From Chloroflexota bacterium (GTDB lineage Bacteria > Chloroflexota > UBA11872 > VXNJ01), in contig OZ244593.1 of the NCBI GenBank assembly GCA_965218195.1, forward strand, positions 2,853,908 to 2,917,907: DNA of 64,000 nt, read 5' to 3'. The notes beneath the pieces are model-generated. The model had not been told where the DNA came from. It saw only the letters and a list, made by a program, of their open reading frames with translations, and ran no database searches. The translations under genes were made by a program, and so were the position numbers. This document shows, one piece after another, positions 8,191 through 17,653 of this stretch; position 1 is the first letter of the stretch; each line of letters starts with the position of its first letter.

Positions 8191-8237
8191 TCGCTGCCAG
8201 TAACTGCTACTCCCTCAGCCGTACGGTCGCCGTCTGA
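8168..8237 (+). other. Hybrid att junction (GNAT half | P' half)
   Basis: 8189-8237 aligns without gaps to the last 49 nt of both LSR genes (CATCGCTGCsAGT..GCTAC..CTC.GCCG...TCGCCG.CTGA). Confidence 0.8.
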
Positions 8238-8469
8238 GCGAGCCCCTGCTGACTTCTCGCCGCGTCCGGCTCCGAGGGCGAGCGCCTTCTCCCCCAGTTC
8301 CCCTAGCTAGATCCTTCACGGACGTAACTCCATCAGTCCGTGGAGTCGAGCAACGCGATCGCTCCCAGTGTTCTCCGCCAGTGCCCTCTTTGCGAATTAT
8401 GTCGAGCTGACAGACGACCGAAGCTCCGCGGTAAGGCCGGGTCCCATAGGCCCCAGGCGGGGCTCTTTC

Positions 8470-8935
8470 TAATGACTGTTTTCTATATAACGAAGCGTCG
8501 CTCCGCGTCCGGAGTCTCACTGCCGCCGACGCCCTCGCTGCCGCCCGGTTCGCACCTGTCGCGCCACGGGGCGAGTTATACAGCCTGGGCGAACATGGGT
8601 TGCTTGGCGACGACTCTGGCCACACAGGCGCAACGGGGCGCTTGGTCGCGAGTAGATAGAGCTTGGAATCTTGCTTCTACCGCTCGAATCGCACGCCGCT
8701 CGCGCGCCTCTCCCCTACGGCCGAATGGCGCTCGATTGGCCTCGCTCCCGCCTACCAACCCCTACCAATTCATTTTTGCCAGCAAAGGTAGTGTTTGCTA
8801 GCCGTTGCTGGGCCCCGGGGCGGCGCTTTTCGCTACCTGGACGGCTTCTCGCTGCCTCGTCAATCCCCTGCGCGACCTCAAGGCTCGCTTACAGCGTCAC
8901 CCCGCTTATATCGATACGCCGCCCGGACAAGCCGG
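8470..8935. repeat. Conserved non-coding block, copy 2
   Basis: CCTGTCGCGCCAC 8555-8567, 27-mer 8773-8799, minus-strand TATAAG 8905-8910. Confidence 0.85.
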
Positions 8936-9020
8936 CCACTCAAAGCACCGGATGGACCAACGCCGTCCGCTACCTTGACCAAGCCACCTTACTAGTCTAG
9001 CTTCACCGTAAGGAGAGCCC

Positions 9021-9263
9021 GTGATCGTCAAAATTACCTCCAAACGTCAGGTCACCTTCCCCGCCAAAGTCCTCGACGCACTCGGCGTCAAGCCCGGCGA
9101 TCATCTCGAAATCGAGAAGGGTCCCCACGGCTTCATCATCCGCCCCCGCCGCATCAACCCATCCCTGCTCGCGCCGCTGCGCGGCAAGCTACAGCCCACC
9201 CACACTCCCTTCGACCTCCATGCCTTCCGCGAGCAGCCCCATGACCCGGCGCTTCGGGATTGA
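9021..9263 (+). CDS. AbrB/MazE-family antitoxin
   Basis: KITSKRQVTFPAKVLDALGVKPGD swapped-hairpin motif; AAGGAG RBS. Confidence 0.88.
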   Translation: MIVKITSKRQVTFPAKVLDALGVKPGDHLEIEKGPHGFIIRPRRINPSLLAPLRGKLQPTHTPFDLHAFREQPHDPALRD

Positions 9264-9639
9264 TACCTCCATCCTCGTTCGCCTGCTAACCGGCGAACCC
9301 GCCTCCGACTTCGAGTACTGCGTCACTGAACTCACCGCACTGGTTGAGGATTCCGCTGCCGAGATCTTCGCCTCCAACCAGGTCATCGGCGAAGCCTACG
9401 TGGCCGTACAACATCACTACGGCGTAACCAAGGCGGATGCTCGCTCGGGCTTGATCGACGTTCTGCGCAGCGGGCTGGTCGCTCCACTCAATGGAACGAC
9501 CGTGATTGAAGCTCTGGAGGATTCTGGCGGTGCCGGCTTGCTCGACCGACTCATCGCCGACGACTATCGCCGAGCCGGTTTGGAGACTCTGACGCTGGAT
9601 CGCCAGATGTCGAGCCTGCCTCTAGTCCGCCGCCTCTAG
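9241..9639 (+). CDS. PIN domain (VapC-like) toxin
   Basis: GIDTSILVR, E, D-x-L-I, TLD acidic PIN residues; overlaps antitoxin. Confidence 0.88.
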   Translation: MTRRFGIDTSILVRLLTGEPASDFEYCVTELTALVEDSAAEIFASNQVIGEAYVAVQHHYGVTKADARSGLIDVLRSGLVAPLNGTTVIEALEDSGGAGLLDRLIADDYRRAGLETLTLDRQMSSLPLVRRL

Positions 9640-9811
9640 TTCGAGCGCCCATGCCGTCTCTCCGTCCTGGACTTCTGACAATTCTCGTGTGCCCGTCTTC
9701 AGGGGGCAGGTCAGGTTGGTAGGACGTGCTTTGAGAGTATTTCCGAGAGCGACCTGCGACCTGGGTGCATCACAACAGTGCTGCCGCTCTCCACTGTGTT
9801 AAAAGCGCGTC

Positions 9812-11071
9812 ATGATAAGGTTGGGCGGTCCTGCTCCACCGAAGGGTTGGCGGGTGCTGAACAGATTCTGGGTCATCGGTCTGCTGGCAATCGTTATAGC
9901 AATCGTCGCAGGACTCGCTTCGGTGCAGTCCGTGTCGGCGTGCGGTGGATTTTTCTGCACAAACACACCCGTTGACCAGAGTGCCGAACGCATCATCTTC
10001 ACCCAAAACAAGGACGGCACGGTGTCGGCCTACGTGCAGATTGAGTACACGGGATCGGCGCCGTTCTCCTGGATACTGCCGCTTCCGGACGCCATCGACG
10101 CGGAAGATGTCGAAGTGCCCGAGGATGCCATGGCAGCCTTCAGGGAGCTTGAGGCTGCAACCGACCCGGTGTTCGTCCCTCCTCCCGCGCCTCCATGTGT
10201 TCCCGTGCCTGTAGAAAAGGTAGTCGAGGCTGCTCCCGCACAGGTGGAAGTCTTCGCCAGCGGTGAGGTTGGACCCTATGGATTCGACGTGGTGGGATCG
10301 GAAGACCCCGAGGCGCTAGTGACGTGGCTAAGGGAGAACAGCTATCGGGTCACCGAGGAGATGGAGCCGCTGATCGACGTGTACGTTGAAGAGACCTTCG
10401 TTTTTCTCGCGATGAAACTACGCCCGGACAAGGGAGTGCAGGACATCGAGCCTGTCAAGGTGACCTATCCCTCAAGCGCCCCGATGATTCCGCTGCGGCT
10501 CACAGCCGTTGCGGCCAATCCGAACATGGCGGTCATGACGTGGATCTACGCCGACACGCAAGCCGCTCCTGCGAACTACGCCAGGATGGAAATAGCTGAT
10601 GAAGAGTTGGTCTTCTTTGACCGTTTCGGGAGCAATAACTATCGACGACTAATGGGTGAAAAAGCCAACGAGTATGGGGGGCAAGCCTTTATTACCGAGT
10701 ACGCCGCTCCGACGCGGGAGCTTGTTGTGACGCACCCCTTGTTACAAGACCTATCCAGACGGTACGCCTATCTCACGCGGCTGAACACGGTTATCTCTCC
10801 GCAAGAGATGACCGTTGACCCTATTTTCAAATACGACGCGCAGCTCGGGGACGTTTCCAACGTACGCGACGTTAGCGGGATTCAGGGCCTTTATGAGTGC
10901 GAACTTTCGGAGCGCCAAAGCTCTCTGAGCAGTGTCGCGACTACTGATTCAAGGGAAGGCACGCTGTCGGTCCCCTCGCTGGCCTTGGGAATAGCCATAG
11001 GTGGCGCCGTGGTTCTGGTTTTAGCAGTTCTCGTGTTCATGAATTCCGACGTATGGCGGCGGGGCAGGTAG
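9812..11071 (+). CDS. DUF2330-like exported protein with C-terminal TM helix
   Basis: Signal peptide, ACGGFFC..VDQSAERIIF, FSWILPLP, VGPY, PMIPLRLT. Confidence 0.75.
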   Translation: MIRLGGPAPPKGWRVLNRFWVIGLLAIVIAIVAGLASVQSVSACGGFFCTNTPVDQSAERIIFTQNKDGTVSAYVQIEYTGSAPFSWILPLPDAIDAEDVEVPEDAMAAFRELEAATDPVFVPPPAPPCVPVPVEKVVEAAPAQVEVFASGEVGPYGFDVVGSEDPEALVTWLRENSYRVTEEMEPLIDVYVEETFVFLAMKLRPDKGVQDIEPVKVTYPSSAPMIPLRLTAVAANPNMAVMTWIYADTQAAPANYARMEIADEELVFFDRFGSNNYRRLMGEKANEYGGQAFITEYAAPTRELVVTHPLLQDLSRRYAYLTRLNTVISPQEMTVDPIFKYDAQLGDVSNVRDVSGIQGLYECELSERQSSLSSVATTDSREGTLSVPSLALGIAIGGAVVLVLAVLVFMNSDVWRRGR

Positions 11072-11388
11072 TCACGCCAACCCTCGATTAGGCAATTTCT
11101 GGAAGTTGGCTAATTGCACATGGACGGCCGCGCCTGAACGAGTAGAGTACTTGCCGGATATGCGGGCATTTCTGCCAAATCGCTGAGCGGCGTCTCCCGC
11201 CTGACAAGTGGTTTACCGGTCTTCGTATCAATGTCCCAAGCCATCTTCGAAGAATTGTCAGGGGCGGCACCAGTTTCGTCGAGTTGAGCCTTCGTCCGGC
11301 GAGCCGCTGGAAATTTGCCGTCGTAGGAGAAACGAGCATCGAAGCGGCGTATCGAGAGTCTGGGGCCGGGGGCTGTGCGACCGCCGAA

Positions 11389-12807
11389 TTACGGAGCAGT
11401 CCAATCCAGTAGCTTCTGTTCGTCGTTCTGCATACCGGCCAAGCCCTCTTCCACGGAAAGCCCGCCGGTGAAGATCCTGCGCTCCCAGTCTTGTGACGCC
11501 TTGACCAACTGGCTCCAAGTCGCGTACGGGTCGGCGGGCAATGCCGTCGTGTAAGCGCGGGCGCGGAAGAGCGCCAGCCGGTTCGGCGGACCGCCCGCCA
11601 CGACCGGACCGAAGCGCAGCTTCCCCGAGCTTTCGCGCACGGGGGTGAGCGTGTTGGTCGCGGCCAGGATGTTTTGCGCTTCGACGCGCAAGTTGAATTT
11701 CAGCCACTCCCAGGTCTCCTCTTTGAACTCGGTGGCCGGGTTCATGACCATGCCGATGATGTTGGTTGTGCCTCCCTGCTTCCCCGTCTGCGGATGCGAC
11801 GGCATCTCCACTACGTCCCAGGCGAAAGCCTGGTTCTTGGCGTTGTCCGCCAGTCGCCAGCTTCCCTCCGGGACAATCGCCAGCCTCCTGTTGAGAAAGA
11901 GCTGGCCGGCGTTGGCCGTTGCCAAAACCGCCTGGCCGGCCGATGCGCCGTGCTTGAGACGGAAGTCCGCGAGATACTGGAAGGCGTTTCGACCCGCCGC
12001 TGAGTCAATTATCGCCTTGCGGTTCTCTTCGTCGATGAAGTCACCGCCGGCGGACCGCACCCAGTTAAGCCAACCGGTCTCAATGCCGTTGGTCGAGTGG
12101 AAACCGTATTGGGTAATCTCGTCGCCGTCCTTCTTTTTGAGTTTCAAGGCGACCTCCAGGAGATCGTCCCATGTCCATTCCTCTTCTATTTCCCTGAGCG
12201 GGGGAAGCCCCGCCTCGGTGACCATGTCCTCGTTGTAGGTCAGGGCTACGGTCGTATACATGTTCGGGAGTCCCCAGCGTTTGCCCCCGAAGGCGTAGTA
12301 ATCGACCGAAGGCTTCCATGCCGCATCAAGGTCGAGCGAAGGGAAATCCCGCTTGAAGAACTCCGTCACGTCCGCCAACGCTCCCTTGTTCGCCCAAGAC
12401 CGGAGGCTGACGCCATCCATCCACCACGAGTCCGGGGCTGTGCATCCCGCGATGGCGGCCCGCAGCTTCGTCCAATAATCGCTCGGAGCTTCGACATCCA
12501 CGTTGATGTACGGAGCCCATGCGCTCGCCAAGTCGGCGATTTCCCTCAGGGCCGGCAAGAGAGCCGGGTCCCAAAGCTGGAACCGCAGACTGATAATTGG
12601 CGTGTATATTGGCGTCCCAGCGGCCGCGATCACCACCACAGGTTCCTCGACTACCTGAGTTACGACTCTCTCGACCACCACTTCTTTTTCGACTATTTGC
12701 GTTTCTCGACAGCCGGTCAGAGCGGCCACCCCGACACCACCCACGAGCGCCCCTCGCAGTATTCGTCGCCTGGTGATTTGACTACCTGTTTGTCCAGGAT
12801 TCTCCAT
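11389..12807 (-). CDS. Sugar-type ABC substrate-binding lipoprotein (Tat signal), orphan
   Basis: TRRRILRG Tat motif, LTGC lipobox, WGLP..YNEDM, WTWDDLLE. Confidence 0.85.
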   Translation of the reverse strand: MENPGQTGSQITRRRILRGALVGGVGVAALTGCRETQIVEKEVVVERVVTQVVEEPVVVIAAAGTPIYTPIISLRFQLWDPALLPALREIADLASAWAPYINVDVEAPSDYWTKLRAAIAGCTAPDSWWMDGVSLRSWANKGALADVTEFFKRDFPSLDLDAAWKPSVDYYAFGGKRWGLPNMYTTVALTYNEDMVTEAGLPPLREIEEEWTWDDLLEVALKLKKKDGDEITQYGFHSTNGIETGWLNWVRSAGGDFIDEENRKAIIDSAAGRNAFQYLADFRLKHGASAGQAVLATANAGQLFLNRRLAIVPEGSWRLADNAKNQAFAWDVVEMPSHPQTGKQGGTTNIIGMVMNPATEFKEETWEWLKFNLRVEAQNILAATNTLTPVRESSGKLRFGPVVAGGPPNRLALFRARAYTTALPADPYATWSQLVKASQDWERRIFTGGLSVEEGLAGMQNDEQKLLDWTAP

Positions 12808-13028
12808 TCCCGTCCCCTTTGGCTTTCCAAGAGTTTCGTTCGCTCGACTGACATCCGCCCACACCGGCTGGAACGATCTCTTCTCATGCTCAATTCTCAC
12901 GTAGGAGGGCAACATGGTAATCCCCTACTGACTTGGCCCCTCCCTTGGCTCCGTTTCTAACATTCTGGACTTGACCCGTTTTGGCGGACATCCAAAATGT
13001 GGGGCGTTGCCCCGGAGAGGATGTCTAG

Positions 13029-13328
13029 ATGGAGAAGCGAGAGCAGCGAAAAAGGCGTTCGTTCACACTGGAGTTCAAGGCTGAAGTCGTAGAGCTATGC
13101 CAGGCAGGCGATCGGTCCATCGGCCAAGTCTGCCGAGACTTGGGCCTGACTGAGACGGCGGTCCGCAGATGGGTGATGCAGGCCGAGATCGACGCCGGTG
13201 AGCGCGAAGGGCTCGGCACCGAAGAGCGTGTGGAACTGGCCCGGCTGCGCAAGGAGAACCGCATTCTGCGGCAAGAGCGCGACATCCTGAAGCGCGCAAC
13301 GGCTTTCTTCGCCAAGGAGACCCGGTGA
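13029..13328 (+). CDS. IS3 transposase OrfA
   Basis: RRSFTLEFKAEVV HTH, ILKRATAFFAKE. Confidence 0.9.
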   Translation: MEKREQRKRRSFTLEFKAEVVELCQAGDRSIGQVCRDLGLTETAVRRWVMQAEIDAGEREGLGTEERVELARLRKENRILRQERDILKRATAFFAKETR

Positions 13329-14227
13329 ACGTGTACCCGTTCATCGAGGCGGAGAGGGTTGAGCGTAGCAATGCCCGCCGGGCGTGCGTGATGCTCGAGG
13401 TCTCCCGTGCCGCCTACTACGGCTGGGCCAGGCAGATCCCTTCGGCGCGCCAGTCCTCTGATGAAGCCCTACTCGCCAAGATCAAAGACATCCACACCGC
13501 CAGCCGCGGCACCTATGGATCCCCGCGGGTTCATGCTCAGCTGCGTAACGATGGCCAGGCGTGCGGGCGCAAGCGGGTGGCGCGGCGCATGCGTCATAAC
13601 AGCATCGTGGGGCGGTGCAAGCGACGGTTTAGGCGCACCACCATCGCCGATCCCGATGCGGCCACGACCGCCGTGGATCTGGTCAAGCGCAGCTTCGTCC
13701 CCGATGCCAACGAGATCGATCGGCTGTGGTGCTCCGACGTTACCTACATCCGCACCTGGGAAGGCTGGCTCTACCTGGCCACGGTGATCGACGTCGCCTC
13801 GCGGCGCGTCGTCGGCTGGGCCATGGCCGACCACATGCGTACAGAACTCGTCTGCGACGCTCTACGCATGGCCATCCAGCATCGCCGGCCCGCTCCCGGG
13901 CTGATATTGCATTCAGACCGCGGCTCGCAATACGCCTCGACCGTGTTCGGCGATCTGCTCGACGCCAACGGCATACGCCAGTCCCTGTCCCGGCCGGGTC
14001 AGTGCTGGGACAACGCCGTCGCCGAGAGCTTCTTCGCCACCCTCAAAACCGAGCTCGTTCATATGCACGCATGGCCAACCCGTGCCCAAGCCCGTAACGC
14101 GATATTCGAGTTCATGGAAGTCTTTTACAACCGCTTGAGGCTGCATTCAGCGCTTCGATACCTGTCCCCAGATGACTACCAACGGAGGCGCGCAAGACTC
14201 GACGCCAGGACCAAAGCAGCGGCATAG
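13325..14227 (+). CDS. IS3 transposase OrfB (DDE)
   Basis: YGSPRV, WCSDVTY, HSDRGSQY, DNAVAESFF; GTGA overlap with orfA. Confidence 0.93.
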   Translation: MNVYPFIEAERVERSNARRACVMLEVSRAAYYGWARQIPSARQSSDEALLAKIKDIHTASRGTYGSPRVHAQLRNDGQACGRKRVARRMRHNSIVGRCKRRFRRTTIADPDAATTAVDLVKRSFVPDANEIDRLWCSDVTYIRTWEGWLYLATVIDVASRRVVGWAMADHMRTELVCDALRMAIQHRRPAPGLILHSDRGSQYASTVFGDLLDANGIRQSLSRPGQCWDNAVAESFFATLKTELVHMHAWPTRAQARNAIFEFMEVFYNRLRLHSALRYLSPDDYQRRRARLDARTKAAA

Positions 14228-14491
14228 TGAATGTGTCCTGTCAAACCGGGTCAACCCCATTACTCTTGGACCGACCTTCGGATGTGCCGGTCGGTGCCTT
14301 TCACGCAGTCAGTGCAAGTAGGCTGTCTCACGCACCAACCGGTCGATCCGCTTCTCGTCCGACTGGAGCGACCGGACTCCGTTCACGTCGCAGAACCAGC
14401 TGTGCCCGGCGTTGCGGTCGATCAGTAAGCAAACTTAGGGTCGGACGCCCCTTGGCGCCTGCCGGTCGGTGGGACCGGCAGGCGCGGGCTG

Positions 14492-16405
14492 CTACGGGCT
14501 GTAGCCGGTGGGCGTGGCCGGGGGAGCCTGCGCTACGGCGGTTTCAACCATGCGCCCGAGGAGGAAGCTGAAGTCCTGGTAGGCGTCCAGCCCGCCGAGG
14601 TTGCTTCGGAGTGACCCCAGAAGCTCAGACAGCCTGGACAGGTCGCCCGAAGCGTCAACGTCCTCGCCTTCATAGCCGTCAGGCAGAACGCTGTACCGAT
14701 CAGCCGCAAGCGCGACGATCGCGCCAAGCCGCAGCAGAGGGTCCACATCTGACCTGAAGCCAGTGTCGATGCGACCGACTATCTCGGCCTGCTGACCTCG
14801 GGATTGTCCGGTGTCCGGCACCACCCAGCGCAGTTCAACCCGGCCCAGCTTGACGTCTCCGGTCCCGAACGCGCGTTCGTGCAGTTCGAGCTCATAGAAG
14901 ACGGTGGTCGCCGCGCCGGAGTGAATCTCGGCGAATTCCTTACGGTCCTGCGCAAAGCTCTCGTCGGAGGTGACCCGGTTCTCGTAGCCGATGATGCGCC
15001 AGTACCTCACGACGTCCGGGTCCCAGGTGACCTGCGCGCGGGTCTGGTCGGCGAACGGCGTGGACAGAACCAGCCAGTTCTCGCGGCTGAAGGTCGCCCG
15101 CGCCTGGTCGGTGTCGTCCAGGTAGCGGTACCAGCCGTTGCCGTACTGGGCAAGCTGCTCCAGCAAGACGTCGTTGTAGTTGCTGATGCCCACGCCGATC
15201 GTGATGAGGCGCAGCGGGTTGCTGGCATCCCGGTCGTAAGCCGACTCCAGGATCGCGAACGGGTTGGTGGCGTCGACGTTGGCGACGCCGTCCGACATCA
15301 GAACGATGTAGTTATAGGCGTCCGGACGTTCGACGCGCGCCTCGTTAGCCAGACGCACTCCGAGATCGAGACCGGCCTGGACGTTGGTGCTGCCGCGCGG
15401 CCGCAGCTGCTCGATGGAGCTGAGCACCGCCACGCGGTCAGCCCTTCCATGCGTGACGGTGAGCTCGTGGACCACGTCCTGGGTGAAGTGAACGACGGCA
15501 ATCCGGTCTTGCGATCGCAGGCTCCGTCTTATCGCCTCCGCCGCGGCCCGGGCGATCTCCACGCGATTTCCGTCGGCCATGGAGCCCGAGGCGTCCAGCA
15601 CCAGCGTGACGTTCAGCGGTCGGTCGTCGGCGACCCTGGCCGCCTGGAACCCGATTCGGGCCAGGTGCTTGTGGTCGTCCAGCGGATGCGCCAGCACGTC
15701 GGTCGAGATTGCGAACCCCCAATCGTCCGAGGGCGGATCGTATTGGTAGTTGAAGGCGTTTATCCACTCTTCGGCCCTCACCGAGTCAGGCTCGACGTCA
15801 TAGCCCTGACGCGCCCAGGCGAGCGCAAGCTGGTATGACGTGCGGTCGGTATCCAGGCTGAAGGTCGAGACGGCGTCTTCAGAGGTAGCAACGAGCGGCT
15901 GCCGCGGTTGATCCTGAAACGTGGTGGCGGGAGGACGGGCGGTGGGGGCGCTGCGAGCCGCCGGAGCCGGTGTCTGCGCTCTCTGCGTCGGCGCCCGGAC
16001 CGACTTCTCAACAGTTTGGGTTACGACCTTTTCGACCGCTACTTGCCTCTCGACCTCTACGACCCGAGTTGCGGCCTGCGTAGCCGGAGCTTCCACTACC
16101 TTCTCCACCGGGACTTCCTTTATGACCTCGACGATTTGGACCTCTCCGCCGCCGCGGGAGGTCAAAAAGACCGCCAAGACGGCCACTACAACCGCTCCTG
16201 ACGCGCTAACGGCCAAGGCGGGAGTCCATATCCGACCAATGGCGGCTATGATCTTCCGCCAGCCCCGCGACGCAGGTGGACCCTCGAGACGGCCTTCCAG
16301 CGACTCCCAAAGGTTCTCGGGCGCGCGAAGGTCGTCTGCCTCCGCCGCAAAGTGCCGCTTCAGAGCGCGTTCCATGTCTTGTTCTGACGAAAAGTTGTTA
16401 GCCAT
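14492..16405 (-). CDS. Membrane-anchored vWA (YfbK-like) protein, putative anti-sigma factor
   Basis: N-terminal cytoplasmic segment, TM helix, STFSLDTD..SY, LDASGSM MIDAS, MSDG, IIGYENR; overlaps ECF stop. Confidence 0.82.
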   Translation of the reverse strand: MANNFSSEQDMERALKRHFAAEADDLRAPENLWESLEGRLEGPPASRGWRKIIAAIGRIWTPALAVSASGAVVVAVLAVFLTSRGGGEVQIVEVIKEVPVEKVVEAPATQAATRVVEVERQVAVEKVVTQTVEKSVRAPTQRAQTPAPAARSAPTARPPATTFQDQPRQPLVATSEDAVSTFSLDTDRTSYQLALAWARQGYDVEPDSVRAEEWINAFNYQYDPPSDDWGFAISTDVLAHPLDDHKHLARIGFQAARVADDRPLNVTLVLDASGSMADGNRVEIARAAAEAIRRSLRSQDRIAVVHFTQDVVHELTVTHGRADRVAVLSSIEQLRPRGSTNVQAGLDLGVRLANEARVERPDAYNYIVLMSDGVANVDATNPFAILESAYDRDASNPLRLITIGVGISNYNDVLLEQLAQYGNGWYRYLDDTDQARATFSRENWLVLSTPFADQTRAQVTWDPDVVRYWRIIGYENRVTSDESFAQDRKEFAEIHSGAATTVFYELELHERAFGTGDVKLGRVELRWVVPDTGQSRGQQAEIVGRIDTGFRSDVDPLLRLGAIVALAADRYSVLPDGYEGEDVDASGDLSRLSELLGSLRSNLGGLDAYQDFSFLLGRMVETAVAQAPPATPTGYSP

Positions 16406-16952
16406 CGTCGTTATCCTCTCTCTCGTCATCCGTCGTTAGTTGATCTGTTAGCCGGCCCAGCGCCCGGTGCAGCCTGGACTTGACTGTCCCCAAAGGCACG
16501 CCGATTGTTTCGGCCAGCTCCGGGACCGTCAGATCGGCGAAGTAGCGCAGAACGATGACTTCCCGGTGATCCGGCGCGAGGCCGGCGAGGGCCCCTCTGA
16601 CCATCTGACGGTCTAGCTGCGCCTGCACGGCCTCGGCCGGATGAGGGAGGTCTTCGGGGCTGTCGTGGTCTTGAAGGCGTACCGTGGGAATCGCCCGCGT
16701 TCTGCGCAGCGACACGATCTTGTTCACCAGGATGCGCACAAGCCAGGGCTTGAACGGACGGCCCGGCCTAAAGCCCTGAATTCCTCGCCAGGCGGCCAGG
16801 AAGGCTTCCTGGACCTGCTCCTCGGCCAGCGCCGGATTCCTCATCATCAGGAGCGCCGTGCCGTACAGAACATCCTTGTACTCGTCTACCAGATGACGGA
16901 ATGCTTCACGCTCGCCGTCCTGGCAGCGCAGAATGGCTTGTTCATCGGTCAT
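16398..16952 (-). CDS. ECF RNA polymerase sigma factor
   Basis: AEEQVQEAFL..W, FKPWLVRILVN (region 2); REVIVLRY..IGVPLGTVKSRLHRA (region 4). Confidence 0.93.
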   Translation of the reverse strand: MTDEQAILRCQDGEREAFRHLVDEYKDVLYGTALLMMRNPALAEEQVQEAFLAAWRGIQGFRPGRPFKPWLVRILVNKIVSLRRTRAIPTVRLQDHDSPEDLPHPAEAVQAQLDRQMVRGALAGLAPDHREVIVLRYFADLTVPELAETIGVPLGTVKSRLHRALGRLTDQLTTDDEREDNDDG

Positions 16953-17000
16953 ATGCTGCCCTCACGGTCCGTGCTCCTTTCGGGGGACTCTACTAAGAAC

Positions 17001-17026
17001 TACGCTCGTTCGAGCCAAATCGTTCC
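17001..17026 (-). promoter_or_regulatory. ECF-type promoter GGAAC-N17-CGTA upstream of the ECF gene
   Basis: Minus strand GGAAC gatttggctcgaacgag CGTA; same motif at 27510-27535. Confidence 0.65.
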
Positions 17027-17155
17027 ATTTTCACAAGCACAATATCGAAAGTACCTGGGGAACGAATTAGAGGCAGACGGCATAATCTCTCACATAAGGG
17101 GAGCAGCGGACAGGAAGATGCGGATGCGGGGGATTGACCTGGGTAGCCGGCGATT

Positions 17156-17641
17156 TTGCTCAAACCCATTGGACGTTTCGGCGATGTATGGGCCACTTCA
17201 GTAGCGCTGAGTGAGATTGTGGCGCCGTGGATAAGCCGGATCATCTTGGCAGCAGCCCCCCTGGCGGTGGCGCTTCTTATGAGCACAGCCGTGTGCAACG
17301 AGGAGCCGGCTATTCACAACGGCGGCGGTTACGAAATCTGCGCGCTCGGACCAGACGGATGTTTCTGCTGGGTAAGCGCGGATCATGGCGACACGTCTCG
17401 TCCGGAAGACTAGTGGTGCGTACTGAACACCAACGGCAGAACTCACTACTACCGGTTGCACGAGGACGGGACTGTTCTCTGCTGGGACTCCGATGAAAAT
17501 GGCCAAGCGTCGCCGCCCGTCTGGTCATTTTCGTCTCCGGCCGTGCGGCCGTCGGTCTAGTGGGCTTTGGCGACGATACCGCTGGCGCTGGCTGGAGCGA
17601 TGATCGTAGGAGTAGTGGTGCCGTGGCGAGTGGGCGGCTGA
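17156..17641 (+). pseudogene. Decayed RCC1-like repeat gene with C-terminal membrane-anchor remnant
   Basis: GGYEICALGPDG..CW, LHEDGTVLCWDSDENGQASPP, and PSV*WALATIPLALAG matching the PSVWWALLALPLAA anchor of 61056-63719; internal stops. Confidence 0.6.
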
Positions 17642-17653
17642 TGTGCTGACGCA

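Larger units (their letters stand above)
12966..14259 (+). mobile_element. IS3-family insertion sequence
   Basis: IRs TGGACTTGACCCGTTTTGGCGGACA / TGTCCTGTCAAACCGGGTCAACCCCA; orfA + orfB; no clean target duplication. Confidence 0.92.

Noticed and set aside
9701-9713. Solo IS3-like IR end (GGGGGCAGGTCA)
   Set aside because: Only about 12 bp with no adjoining transposase sequence
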